The notes: generated by a model not told the origin, from the letters alone. A stretch of 63,981 bases of DNA, filler included, from Octopus bimaculoides (GCF_001194135.2; 6 parts of 6 records of this genome joined end to end with filler, not necessarily neighbours in it), one strand, 5' to 3'. Counted from the whole stretch's first letter, positions 1 to 12,049 are shown. Made by a program: numbers and translations.

Positions 1-59
1 CTCTTGCACACCACAACTGATGCTTCTAATGTTCAGCTTTTCTCTCAAGATACTTACAC

Positions 60-303
60 TCTGATATATATATATATGTATATATGTATGTGTGTGTATA
101 TGTTTGTGTGTCTGTGTGTCCCCAACATCGCTTGACAACCAATGCTGGTGTGTTTACGGCCCCGTAACTTAGCGGTTCGGCAAAATTGACCGATAGAATA
201 AGTACTAGGCTTACTAAGAATAAGTCCTGGGGTCGATTTGCTCAACTAAAGGCGGTGCTCTAGCATGGCTGCAGTCAAATGACTGAAACAAGTAAAAGAG
301 TAT
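60..303 (+). mobile_element. SINE family A, 3' half
   Basis: Internal TA/TG microsatellite followed by the family body (catcgcttgacaacc...gactgaaacaagtaaaagag) seen in the other copies. Confidence 0.85.
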
Positions 304-1149
304 ATAGAGGTGTTTAAGATATAGGTCCAAGTTTTAATTGGTTACAAATTCAGTGATATCAGTTGCTTTTGTCTGCCTGTAGTTTTGTATTTTAGTTGGC
401 CAAAATGCTTATCACTTGTTTTTCCAATGTTCTGGTTACATATTTTGGTTTGGCAGTAGTCCAGCATTCCGGTTGGTTGACTTATTTATTTATCAACTGT
501 TTTGATTAATTGTCTTGGACCAGTAGTGAGTCAGTGTTCAGATGGTTTGATTGTCTACATGTGTCATTTGTTTGTCAAATCTCTTGGTAACTTGTTTTTG
601 TCTGACAGCTAGCCAGTGTTCTAGCTGGTTGATTCCCATTAAGATGTCACTTGCCATAGTCAGCTGAATATTTATTTCTTTTTACCTAAGGATCTGGTTT
701 TGACCAGCAATAAATCTAATTGGTTAAGCCTTGGGTGACATCACCAAATAGTGTTGAGAAAGTGCAAGGGCTAATTGTACAACAGTTTGAAGATAGGATT
801 TCAAATTCTGGAGGAAGCCTGTTACTTCAATTTCCAATTTATTACCTCTGCCTTAGTGAAGGAGGAAGTATAGTTTTCAGTTGTGTTTGTTTGTTCATGG
901 ACAAGCTATCTCAAGAACCACTGGACAGGTTCGGATGAAAATGTAATCAAAAATGGCTGCCATTTAAGCAATGTCATTTTTCATATGTGATGTAGTGGTG
1001 TTGTAAAATTTGACTTATGCATATTAATTTCCATTATGTCCTTTATATTATATCAAAATTTCATGCATTTATTTGTAGAGTTAAGGAAGTTACCAAAAAC
1101 TGAAACCATCAGGTGACTTTTAGGAGTTCTTGAAATCGTTTCTCCCATG

Positions 1150-1735
1150 TTTTGGGATTCAATACATTTGTACAATTTCAGTGTCAGTATGTCTTTTTAT
1201 GTCTAAAAGAGTAGCTGTTTCTGTCTGTATTCCATTGCAAATTGGATATTGTGGTTTATGTTAAGTTTTTAAACTCCAGGAGTTGATCCAGATTATGTGG
1301 CTACAGAACGAAGCAATTATCCAGGTAGTATTTCCAGTTGACAAGTAGGTATTTATGGAAGTTGCCAAATTTCAATCTGGTGTGTTTGTATATTTGGACT
1401 TGTGTAAATATGCCTTAACAAGGTTAACAAACATGGGAGTCTTTTGTTCCCATCACAGTCCCAGATATTTGTCTGTAGGTGCTGTCATTGAAGTTTAAAA
1501 TATTATTTTGTAGGATGAACTTTAACCTTTTAATGATAAATCCTTTTCTATTTTCTTCAGGTATATTGTTTGGAAATTTTTTAGCCAGAATTGTTTAGCT
1601 TTTATTTTGTATTCATGTGGAATCAAGGAGTTAAGATTTACCACATCAAATAAAACAAAAAGAGAGTTCATGTTGGTTTTGTTTAGGAGATGGTTTAAAA
1701 GACTAAGTCATCTTTGATGAAGCTTGCTGATCCAT
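1150..1735 (-). mobile_element. Degenerate Penelope-like reverse transcriptase fragment
   Basis: Frameshifted minus-strand translation: SFIKDDLVF..LFVLFDVVNLNSLIPH..LKFILQNNILNFNDSTYRQ..VMGTK..NWKYYLDNCF, i.e. PLE RT motifs FDV.NL, MG.K and YLDD. Confidence 0.7.
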
Positions 1736-1962
1736 TTTCAAAAAGAAAATGAGAAACTAGAGGTAGAGAGAGAGAAAGAGAGAAGAGAGAGAAAGAGAGA
1801 AGAGAGAGGGAGAAGAAAGAGATTTTAAGCATGTGAAATAAGAAAATAATGAAAATATTTAAATTAAAAATTACAAAGTTCAAAGAAGTTTGTAATTAAA
1901 ATCTTTTTAAAAATCTGAACAAAACAATTATCATTTTTACTTGTGTATAATTTGCACTATTA

Positions 1963-2388
1963 GCTGTGTGGTAAGTAGCTTGCTTACCAACCACATGGTC
2001 CAGGGTTCATTCCCACTGCGTGGCACCTTNNNNNNNNNNNNNNNNNNNNNNNNNNNNNNNNNNNNNNNNNNNNNNNNNNNNNNNNNNNNNNNNNNNNNNN
2101 NNNNNNNNNNNNNNNNNNNNNNNNNNNNNNNNNNNNNNNNNNNNNNNNNNNNNNNNNNNNATATATGTATGGGTGTGTATAAGTTTGTGTGTCTGTGTTT
2201 GTCCCCCCAACATCGCTTGACAACTGATGGTGGTGTGTTTACGTCCCCGTAACTTAACGGTTTGGCAAAAGAGACCGATAGAATAAGTACTAAGCTTACA
2301 AAGAATAAGTCCTGGGGTCAATTAGCTCGACTAAAAGGCAGTGCTCCAGCATGGCCGCAGTCAAATGACTGAAACAAGTAAAAGAGTA
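1963..2388 (+). mobile_element. SINE family A (gap inside)
   Basis: tRNA-like head gctgtgtggtaag...ggttcattccc, plus family body and tail. Confidence 0.9.
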
Positions 2389-2744
2389 TAGGAGGGCTAA
2401 AAGCTGGATGGGAATGCCATATTGTGGGGCAGAATTAAGAAGTGAGGTAGGGAGACAGGTGTGTAGATGCATATATCAATATTCTACTTGTCTCAGTTTC
2501 AATTCTGCAGAGATGAGGACCCATGCCTGATTCCATTGTCAAGCATTTATGCTGATAAAGTTCTTTGATCTACTAAAATGAAAATATGTTTGAGAGGCAA
2601 ATTGGCAGAATGGACAGACAGTGCATTGGATAAAAGAGTTTAGGAGAATGGAGAAAAGTCATCAAGAATCTGTGATCCGCAGGGAGTGAAGGGTTTAACT
2701 TAATTACTATGTATTCTTAATCTAATGTTAATTCTATGATGATT

Positions 2745-2958
2745 AAGGTGGTGAACTGACAAAATCATTAGTACTCTAGAAAAAATGCTTAGCGGCATTT
2801 CATTCATCTTTATGTTCTGAGCTTAAATTCCACAGAGTTCAACTTTGGCTTTCATCCTGTCAGGGTTCATAAGATAAGTACCGGTTCAACATTAAGATCC
2901 ATGCCGTTGAGTTACTCCTCCCCCTAAATTGCTGGCCTTGTGCCAAAATTTGAAACCA
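2745..2958 (+). mobile_element. SINE family D, tail type 2, diverged
   Basis: Head aaggtggtgaactg..., B-box-like ctgagcttaaattcc, tail cctccccctaaattgctggccttgtgccaaaatttgaaacc. Confidence 0.7.
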
Positions 2959-2975
2959 GTATAATCAGCTTATTT

Positions 2976-3184
2976 AAGGCAGTGAGCTGGCAGAATCACT
3001 AGCATGCTGGGCAAAATACTTAGCAGCATTTCGTCTGTCCTTACATTCAAATTCTGCTGAGGCCAACTTTACCTTTCATTCTCTCAGGTTAAATGAAATA
3101 AATACCAGTTGAACATTGGGGTTGGTGTCAATGACTTACTTCTTCCACCAAATTGCTGGTCTTGTGTCAAAATTTGAGAGCAGT
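2976..3184 (+). mobile_element. SINE family D, tail type 2
   Basis: Second copy just downstream with the same head and tail. Confidence 0.75.
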
Positions 3185-3329
3185 ATTAATTTTATGATGA
3201 GTCTTAACCTTAGTGTATTGACTAAACTTGAGAAAAACAAAGAATACTTACTATATATTTAAAACATTTAAATGTAAACATAACATGATTGCTGTTCTTG
3301 TTCTTTAACTGATGGTTAGCCTTGGTCTT

Positions 3330-3721
3330 GGAGGCGCAATGGCCCAGTGGTTAGGGCAGCGGACTCGCAGTCATAGGATCGCGGTTTCGATTCCCAGACC
3401 GGGCGTTTTGAGTGTTTATTGAGCGAAAACACCTAAAGCTCCACGAGGCTCCGGCAGGGGATGGTCGCGAACCCTGCTGTACTCTTCCACCACAACTTTC
3501 TCTCACTCTTACTTCTTGTTTCTGTTGTGCCTGTAATTCAAAGGGTCAGCCTTGTCACACTCTGTGTCACGCTGACTATCCCCGAGAACCTACATTAAGG
3601 GTACACGTGTCTGTGGAGTGCTCAGCCACTTGCACATTAATTTCACGAGCAGGCTGTTCCGTTGATCGGATCAACTGGAACCCTCGACGTCGTAAGCAAC
3701 GGAGTGCTAACAAACAAACAA
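3330..3721 (+). mobile_element. SINE family B, full length
   Basis: tRNA-like head with A box TGGCCCAGTGG and B box GTTTCGATTCC; (AAAC)n tail; 13-bp TSD agccttggtcttg at 3318-3330 and 3722-3734. Confidence 0.92.
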
Positions 3722-4805
3722 AGCCTTGGTCTTGCACAGTGTTTTTCAACCATTTTTTAACCTTTTAATCACTTTGATTCATATTTTCCTTACATTGATC
3801 CTCCTAGCCATTAGATGCTTAAAAAATCTTATTACATTTCTATGATTAAATATTGTTAGGAATTGTATTCAAAAATTGTTAAAATATTTTATGTATTGTA
3901 GAAGTATAACCAGTTTATTGCAGATAAATTTTAACAACAAAATCTTAGATGGACCCCATCAAGGGCCATATGGACCCCAGTTAAGAACCACTGGTCTAGC
4001 AGAACGCTGTGCAATGATCAGTCAGCTCTAAAAGCCCTATCTTTTTAGGGTTGTGTAGGGCTTCAGTTTTTAATATATTTATTCCATATTTAAGATGTAA
4101 GATATGATTTGAAGGATATATGACTGTTATTTCTATTACTTTCAAACACCACATGAACTTAGTTCAAACCTGAGGATTTCTTTAAAAGTTTCATATTTGG
4201 GATATTAGATTAATTAAAAAAGAAAGGAGATGTCTATCTGAGAGTTTGTGTCATTCATCCTGACTTTAGTTTTGTGTTTCAAGAATTTTATTCAAGCAAG
4301 CAGAGCAGAAAATTTGGCATCCAAATAAATAAATAAACGAAAGATAAAAGATAAAAGAGATAAAAAATATTGATTTTTAAAATTTTCTGAGTAAAGAAAA
4401 GCTTGACAGAATGTTAAGAAAAACATGAGAGAAAAGTAAATAGAGTGCAGAAATTTATTTCTTTCTGATCTATGTGTAAATATGTCAGGAAAATTTAGGC
4501 CAATCGTAGTGGTTGAAAGGATTTTTAGGTGTTATTAAATGTTTAATTCCTAACACAGCATTTCAGTTTTAACTTACATCATGGTTTGTTCAATCAGTCA
4601 CTTGAGTCTGCTGCTTCTTCTCATTCCACTTGCTTCATCTTGCAGATCCTTAAAGATTTCACCTCCCAGCTGCATCAATAAGGTAAGACTTTTTATTTAT
4701 ACAACAACTAAAGCTGTTATTTTTCTCTTTAATACATACGCGTGCGCACACACACATATATACATATACATATATAAATATGTGAGTGAGTGAGTGAGTG
4801 AGTGA

Positions 4806-4841
<36 letters not shown>

Positions 4842-5039
4842 TTGTGTGTGTTGTGTGTTTGTGTGTGTTGTGTGTGTGTACATATACTGGGGTCTATTAA
4901 TTTGGCTGAACCAGTTAAGGTGGTGTCCCAGTATAGTTGTAATCCAGAGAATGAAACAATTAAAAGAAATATACATGCATATATATGTGTGTATATGTAT
5001 TATTTATGTATATCTTATATATGTATCTATATATAAATA

Positions 5040-5103
5040 TCTATCCAACTATCTATCTATCTATCTATCTGTCTGTCTGTCTATCTGTCTGTCTGTCTCT
5101 CTA

Positions 5104-5162
<59 letters not shown>
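5040..5162. repeat. (TATC)n/(TGTC)n microsatellite
   Basis: Direct reading; runs into a gap. Confidence 0.95.
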
Positions 5163-6015
5163 NNNNNNNNNNNNNNNNNNNNNNNNNNNNNNNNNNNNNN
5201 NNNNNNNNNNNNNNNNNNNNNNNNNNNNNNNNNNNNNNNNNNNNNNNNNNNNNNNNNNNNNNNNNNNNNNNNNNNNNNNNNNNNNNNNNNNNNNNNNNNN
5301 NNNNNNNNNNNNNNNNNNNNNNNNNNNNNNNNNNNNNNNNNNNNNNNNNNNNNNNNNNNNNNNNNNNNNNNNNNNNNNNNNNNNNNNNNNNNNNNNNNNN
5401 NNNNNNNNNNNNNNNNNNNNNNNNNNNNNNNNNNNNNNNNNNNNNNNNNNNNNNNNNNNNNNNNNNNNNNNNNNNNNNNNNNNNNNNNNNNNNNNNNNNN
5501 NNNNNNNNNNNNNNNNNNNNNNNNNNNNNNNNNNNNNNNNNNNNNNNNNNNNNNNNNNNNNNNNNNNNNNNNNNNNNNNNNNNNNNNNNNNNNNNNNNNN
5601 NNNNNNNNNNNNNNNNNNNNNNNNNNNNNNNNNNNNNNNNNNNNNNNNNNNNNNNNNNNNNNNNNNNNNNNNNNNNNNNNNNNNNNNNNNNNNNNNNNNN
5701 NNNNNNNNNNNNNNNNNNNNNNNNNNNNNNNNNNNNNNNNNNNNNNNNNNNNNNNNNNNNNNNNNNNNNNNNNNNNNNNNNNNNNNNNNNNNNNNNNNNN
5801 NNNNNNNNNNNNNNNNNNNNNNNNNNNNNNNNNNNNNNNNNNNNNNNNNNNNNNNNNNNNNNNNNNNNNNNNNNNNNNNNNNNNNNNNNNNNNNNNNNNN
5901 NNNNNNNNNNNNNNNNNNNNNNNNNNNNNNNNNNNNNNNNNNNNNNNNNNNNNNNNNNNNNNNNNNNNNNNNNNNNNNNNNNNNNNNNNNNNNNNNNNNN
6001 NNNNNNNNNNNNNNN

Positions 6016-6103
6016 CATCATCATCATCATCATCGTTTAACGTCCGCTTCCCATGCTAGCATGGAAAGCGGACGTTAAACGATGATGATGATGATGATGA
6101 TGA
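6016..6103. repeat. 88-bp palindrome of two fused RTE 3' tails
   Basis: (CAT)n-cgtttaacgtccgcttcccatgct|agcatggaaagcggacgttaaacg-(ATG)n; one mismatch between arms. Confidence 0.85.
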
Positions 6104-6514
6104 TATATATATATCTTAATATATATTACTGCATGTATTAAATATTTGAATGAAATTTCAAATACAAGCAAAAATATAATCACAAAGAAAAGGAAAGAAA
6201 CAAAGAAGAACAAAACAAAAACTGCACTGTTAGTGTATATTTTGATTGTTTTTTTATCTATCTCTCTGAGGGGTGATGAAATCAATATTTCATCAATTAA
6301 TTATGAAATGATATTGTGTATCAATTTATTCAATCACGATAGTCATGCATATTGATAAAACTCATCATTATGCAAGCGCACATGTATGTTATGCATGCAC
6401 ACAAACGCAAACACACACCCATACACATTATAAATACATATCAACAAACATACATGCATATATGTCTGTGTATATGTATATATATATATATGTATTCATA
6501 TATATACGTATGTG

Positions 6515-6701
6515 TATAGTTCTATATTTGAGAGATGAGGAATTATGTACATTATTTACATTATTTACATTTGACGGATATTTGTCCTCATCTTGTTTGT
6601 TTTTAACACAACTTTTCGGCTGATGTACTCTCCAGCCTTCATCAGGTGTCCTTGCGGAATTTTGAACCTGGGTTCCCATTCCTAAGATATTTTTTTTCCA
6701 A

Positions 6702-6744
<43 letters not shown>

Positions 6745-7300
6745 CAAGCCTCAGAATCTTGGGGTTAGTAGCCCGCACTCTTAACCACTACACCATATAC
6801 CTGTGCGCAATTATGGAGTGAATTTTAGTGCTCTTAGATCTAATATTCTCCTATCTATCCTTAATACTAGTTCCCATATTCTACTCATATCTGCACTATG
6901 TCTGCTTACAAGGTTATTATGTCCTAGCATATGTGCTGCTTCTTTTAGTTTTCGTATTTCCCAGTGGTGTTCTCTGTCTATTATTTTAACTTCATCTCAC
7001 AGGAGGAGGTGGTCTCCATTTTTCCATACATGATCAGCTATACCCGATTTATCAATATCTTCTCATGTCACAGCTTTGTGATGTTCCTCTACCCTTATTT
7101 TGAGGGGGCAACATGTTTCGCCTTTGTATAACCTACCACAGCTACATGAGATGGAGTACACGCAGTTTTTGGTCATATTCTCTTCTATTGGTGGTTTTAC
7201 TCAAAGGAGATATTTGCGAAGTGTTTTATTACTCTTGAATACTGTCCTGGTGTCATATGGGTCGCCTTTCACGGAGAAACGGAGAATATCGTTTATATTA
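6515..7300 (-). mobile_element. Penelope-like element 3' part: GIY-YIG remnant plus terminal repeat with tRNA-like segment and hammerhead motif
   Basis: Minus translation NCVYSISCSCGRLYKGET..LKIRVEEH..SGIADHVW..EVKIIDREHHWEIRKLKEAAH (GIY-YIG, with in-frame stops), then tRNA-like segment, (AAT)n and CTGATGA..GAAA. Confidence 0.88.
6605..6650 (-). ncRNA. Minimal type I hammerhead ribozyme motif (one core substitution)
   Basis: GACAC-CTGATGA-A-GGCTG-loop-CAGCC-GAAA-AGTT-GTGTT; stems I and II pair; the expected CGTT reads AGTT. Confidence 0.7.
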
Positions 7301-7720
7301 TGTATGACTCACTAAAAAGACGAAATTTATAAAATCTGTTATCTCTCTCTCTCTTTACACCGTCGCTAGAAGGGGACTTAATCCATGTTTGCAAATTGTT
7401 AGAAGTTATGGTTTAAAATTTTTTTTAATGCAAAAATTCACGTCTTAGGAAGCAAAAAAAAAAAAATTAATAAATGGCCCATTCCGGGCATTTTCGACCA
7501 TGAGAAATTCATTGGTGTGACTCCCAGATTACTATCTTGTAAGGTGTGGATTTCTGTAGATGCAACACACACACATACACACTCACAAACTCAGCTTTAC
7601 AATATGTACTGATGTAATGATACTGATAAAATAATCCTCTATTTCTACAAATATAGAGGCCCCATTCTTTTGTTGATATACATATCATATATACATATAT
7701 ATATGTGTGTGTGTGTGAGA

Positions 7721-7983
7721 GGCTGTGTAATAAATAGCTTGCTTACCAACCACATGGTTCCGGGTTCAGTCCCACTGCGTGGCACCTTGGGCAAGTGTCT
7801 TTTACTATAGCCTCGGGCCGACCAAAGCCTTGTGAGTGGATTTGGTAGACGGAAACTGAAAGAAGCCCGTCGTATATATGTATATATATATATATATGTA
7901 TGTGTGTTTGTCCCCCCACCATCGCTTGACAACCGATGGTGGTGTGTTTACATCCCCGTAACTTAGCGGTTCGGCAAAAAGAG
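7721..7983 (+). mobile_element. SINE family A (ends in gap)
   Basis: Head, ccttgggcaagtgtctt core and internal microsatellite. Confidence 0.9.
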
Positions 7984-8310
7984 NNNNNNNNNNNNNNNNN
8001 NNNNNNNNNNNNNNNNNNNNNNNNNNNNNNNNNNNNNNNNNNNNNNNNNNNNNNNNNNNNNNNNNNNNNNNNNNNNNNNNNNNNNNNNNNNNNNNNNNNN
8101 NNNNNNNNNNNNNNNNNNNNNNNNNNNNNNNNNNNNNNNNNNNNNNNNNNNNNNNNNNNNNNNNNNNNNNNNNNNNNNNNNNNNNNNNNNNNNNNNNNNN
8201 NNNNNNNNNNNNNNNNNNNNNNNNNNNNNNNNNNNNNNNNNNNNNNNNNNNNNNNNNNNNNNNNNNNNNNNNNNNNNNNNNNNNNNNNNNNNNATGTATA
8301 TATATATATA

Positions 8311-8957
8311 TCATCATCATCATTTAACATCCATTGTCCATTGCTGGCGTGGGTTGGAAGGTGTGACAAGAGCTGGCAAGCTGAGAGGCTGCACCAGATT
8401 CCAGTCTGACTGAGCATGGTTTCTATGGCTGGATGCCCTTCCTAACACCAACCACTTTACAGAGTGTACTGGGTGGTCTTACTTGGCACCACACAGGTGA
8501 TTTTACATGGTACACATGCAGTACCACGTCAAAGCATCTAGCACACTTCGCAAAGAAGTTTGCACCAGGTAGGGCAGCCATACATGTATATATATATATA
8601 TGGATGGATAGATGGATGGATGGACGGACGGATGGACAGATAGATAGATATACAGGGTGTGATGGATAAATTGTCGCCATTTTATATTTTTAATTCCGTG
8701 CATCCAGACATCTCAGTACATTCTCATTTCCTCTGTAAGCCTCAACATCCTGAGATCAGTCCTCACTACTTAATCCCATGTCTTCCTGAGTCTCCCTCTT
8801 TCACAAGTACCGTCCACTTTCAGTGACTGACACTTTTTTCATACACTTGTGTTTATTTATACACATCACATGTTCAAACCAATGTAGTCTCTTCTTTTGC
8901 AGGCTGCATTTGATTCCTCTTATGACCAACCTTTCTCTCAACACATTTGTGCTTCGT
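8311..8957 (-). mobile_element. Older RTE LINE, 3' part (interrupted)
   Basis: Minus translation STNVLRERLVIRGIKCSLQKKRLHWFEHV..GTCERGRLRKTWD (RTE C-terminus), then 3' UTR and (ATG)n tail. Confidence 0.8.
8651..8704 (+). mobile_element. Terminal fragment of a Tc1/mariner-like element
   Basis: tacagggtgtgatggataaattgtcgccattttatatt matches the reverse complement of the end at 19240-19300. Confidence 0.6.
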
Positions 8958-10290
8958 TGGCCCTGCTCAGTATGTAGAAAAGGAGTAGGTAGTAACTCTA
9001 TAAGATGTACCCAGTGCAAGCTATGGACACATAAGAGGTGCAGCAACATCAAAGGCAGGTTAACTAGCAAGTTAGTTTTTGTTTGTGGCAGATGTTCAGG
9101 TGCAATAAAGACTGCAAACAAACAGGAAACAACTTCTATCTCATTCCAGGGTGAAAAACTAGAGGTAGTCGATAGCTTCCGCTATCTGGGCGACCAAGTT
9201 AGTAGTGGGGGTGGGTGCGCTGAAAGTGTAGCTGCTAGAATAAGAATAGCCTGGGCAAAGTTTAGNNNNNNNNNNNNNNNNNNNNNNNNNNNNNNNNNNN
9301 NNNNNNNNNNNNNNNNNNNNNNNNNNNNNNNNNNNNNNNNNNNNNNNNNNNNNNNNNNNNNNNNNNNNNNNNNNNNNNNNNNNNNNNNNNNNNNNNNNNN
9401 NNNNNNNNNNNNNNNNNNNNNNNNNNNNNNNNNNNNNNNNNNNNNNNNNNNNNNNNNNNNNNNNNNNNNNNNNNNNNNNNNNNNNNNNNNNNNNNNNNNN
9501 NNNNNNNNNNNNNNNNNNNNNNNNNNNNNNNNNNNNNNNNNNNNNNNNNNNNNNNNNNNNNNNNNNNNNNNNNNNNNNNNNNNNNNNNNNNNNNNNNNNN
9601 NNNNNNNNNNNNNNNNNNNNNNNNNNNNNNNNNNNNNNNNNNNNNNNNNNNNNNNNNNNNNNNNNNNNNNNNNNNNNNNNNNNNNNNNNNNNNNNNNNNN
9701 NNNNNNNNNNNNNNNNNNNNNNNNNNNNNNNNNNNNNNNNNNNNNNNNNNNNNNNNNNNNNNNNNNNNNNNNNNNNNNNNNNNNNNNNNNNNNNNNNNNN
9801 NNNNNNNNNNNNNNNNNNNNNNNNNNNNNNNNNNNNNNNNNNNNNNNNNNNNNNNNNNNNNNNNNNNNNNNNNNNNNNNNNNNNNNNNNNNNNNNNNNNN
9901 NNNNNNNNNNNNNNNNNNNNNNNNNNNNNNNNNNNNNNNNNNNNNNNNNNNNNNNNNNNNNNNNNNNNNNNNNNNNNNNNNNNNNNNNNNNNNNNNNNNN
10001 NNNNNNNNNNNNNNNNNNNNNNNNNNNNNNNNNNNNNNNNNNNNNNNNNNNGGCACATAAAAGACACCATTTCGAGCGTGGCCGTTTTCGTGCGGGTGAC
10101 ACGTAAAAGCACCCACTACACTCTCTGAGTGGTTGGCGTTAGGAAGGGCATCCAGCTGTAGAAACTCTGCCAAATCAGACTGGAGCCTGGTGTTGCCATC
10201 CGGTTTCACCAGTCCTCAGTCAAATCGTCCAACCCATGCTAGCATGGAAAGCGGACGTTAAACGATGATGATGATGATGATGATGATGAT
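8958..10290 (+). mobile_element. Younger 5'-truncated RTE LINE with PHD finger, nested in the older copy
   Basis: WPCSVC..CTQC..HKRC..CGRC followed by LEVVDSFRYLGD..AARIRIAWAKF; after the gap, the 3' UTR and (GAT)n tail. Confidence 0.85.
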
Positions 10291-10382
10291 GTTAATGCAC
10301 TTTGATGCTGCACATCCAACAGAGCATACTGCCTTCATTTCTCTCTAGTTTATGCATGTCCTCTGCATTCAGAGCCCATGTC

Positions 10383-10388
<6 letters not shown>
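10291..10388 (-). mobile_element. Continuation of the older RTE LINE
   Basis: Minus translation SETWALNAEDMHKLERNEGSMLCWMCSIKVH, which precedes STNVLRERL in RTE ORFs. Confidence 0.75.
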
Positions 10389-10420
<32 letters not shown>

Positions 10421-11121
10421 CACACGATGTCACTGGTGCCAAGCTATATAGGCCCTTGCTTTTCCCTTGGATAACATCGGTGGCGTGGAGAGGGGAGGCT
10501 GGTAAGTGCACCAGTCCATACATACACATGCACTCTCGCATACCTACGTACATGCGCCAATATGTATATACTCATCCACCCTCGCTTGAAACACACACAT
10601 GCTCATCCACACATTCACCAAAATACATATATATATACCCGCATACACGCTCGCACCCATACACATGTGCGCAAAAGAGGTTCAGACACACGTCAATATA
10701 TGCACATGCCCAAGAAAAAGACAGGGCTAAAGGCAAAATACAGAAAAAAGTGTGAAAAGCTGTAAGGGCAAAACGCATCTATATGCACACATTCTTGCAA
10801 GCACACACACACATCTGTATATGCACGTACCCGCACACATGCACACATCCACAAGTGCGCACAAAAGGTTCCATGTACACGTCTATAGACACACAGGATA
10901 AAAGCTGGGTGGAAGGGAGAATACAGAAAAAATATGTGTAAAAAATATACAAAACAATATCTCTATAAATATGTAAAAAAAATATAAAAAATATATGAGA
11001 AATCTAAGTAAAAAGTATAGAGAGATAAAAAGCTTGTACACAGACACAATATAGAAAGCAAGTCCTATCAGTAATCTCAGGGGGACCAAAAACGTAGCAA
11101 ATATATATATATATGCATATA

Positions 11122-11452
11122 GTGAAGGTGCATGGCTCAGTGGTTAGAGTGTCGAGCTTACGATCGTGAGGTTGTGAGCTTGAATCCTGGAATGGGCTGT
11201 GTGTTGTGTTCTTGAGCAAGACACTTTATTTCATGTTGCTCCCATTCACTCAGCTACAGAAATGAGTTGCGATGTCACAAACTTTGTCGGCCTTTGCCTT
11301 TTCCTTGGATAACACTGGTGGCGTGGAGAGGGGAGGCTGTTATGCATGGATGACTGCTGGTCTTCCATAAACAACCTTGCCCAGACTTGTGCCTGGTAGG
11401 ATAACTTTCTAGGTGCAATCCCATGGTCAGTCATGACCGAAGGTGGGGGCCT
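11122..11452 (+). mobile_element. SINE family C
   Basis: A box TGGCTCAGTGG, B-box-like gcttgaatcc, core cttgagcaagacacttt; matches 48132-48391 and a fragment near 10425-10510. Confidence 0.85.
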
Positions 11453-11800
11453 CAGCATATGCATATATATATATATATATATATATATANNNNNNNNNNN
11501 NNNNNNNNNNNNNNNNNNNNNNNNNNNNNNNNNNNNNNNNNNNNNNNNNNNNNNNNNNNNNNNNNNNNNNNNNNNNNNNNNNNNNNNNNNNNNNNNNNNN
11601 NNNNNNNNNNNNNNNNNNNNNNNNNNNNNNNNNNNNNNNNNNNNNNNNNNNNNNNNNNNNNNNNNNNNNNNNNNNNNNNNNNNNNNNNNNNNNNNNNNNN
11701 NNNCAGTCAAAATCAAATTATCCAGGTTAGTTACACCTGAATAAATTTATTCATAGTCATAATTGTAGCAGTGAATAAGATTACACCTGTTCCACACCTC

Positions 11801-11848
<48 letters not shown>

Positions 11849-12049
11849 TATACTCATGTGTGTGTGTATGTGAGCGTACTCATGTGTGTGTGTGTGTATG
11901 CATGTATGTATGTGAGTGTACTCATGTGTGTGTGTGTATGTATTTGTGTGTAAACACGAATGTACATACACACACACATTTATGTATATGTATATTTGTA
12001 TATACGTAAAGGCATTTGACTTAGTGCTTGAGTCACACGCAGTGGTGCG

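Noticed and set aside
3330-3402. tRNA gene-like sequences (also 12928, 19663, 11122, 48132)
   Set aside because: They are SINE heads continuing into repeat bodies, with a TSD in at least one case and no complete cloverleaf.
4597-4681. Splice-like sites on both strands
   Set aside because: Short, stop-containing or unrecognisable frames; no support.
4806-6078. Long ORFs rich in CV/YI/HT/LS or X, here and throughout the track
   Set aside because: Translations of microsatellites or N gaps.
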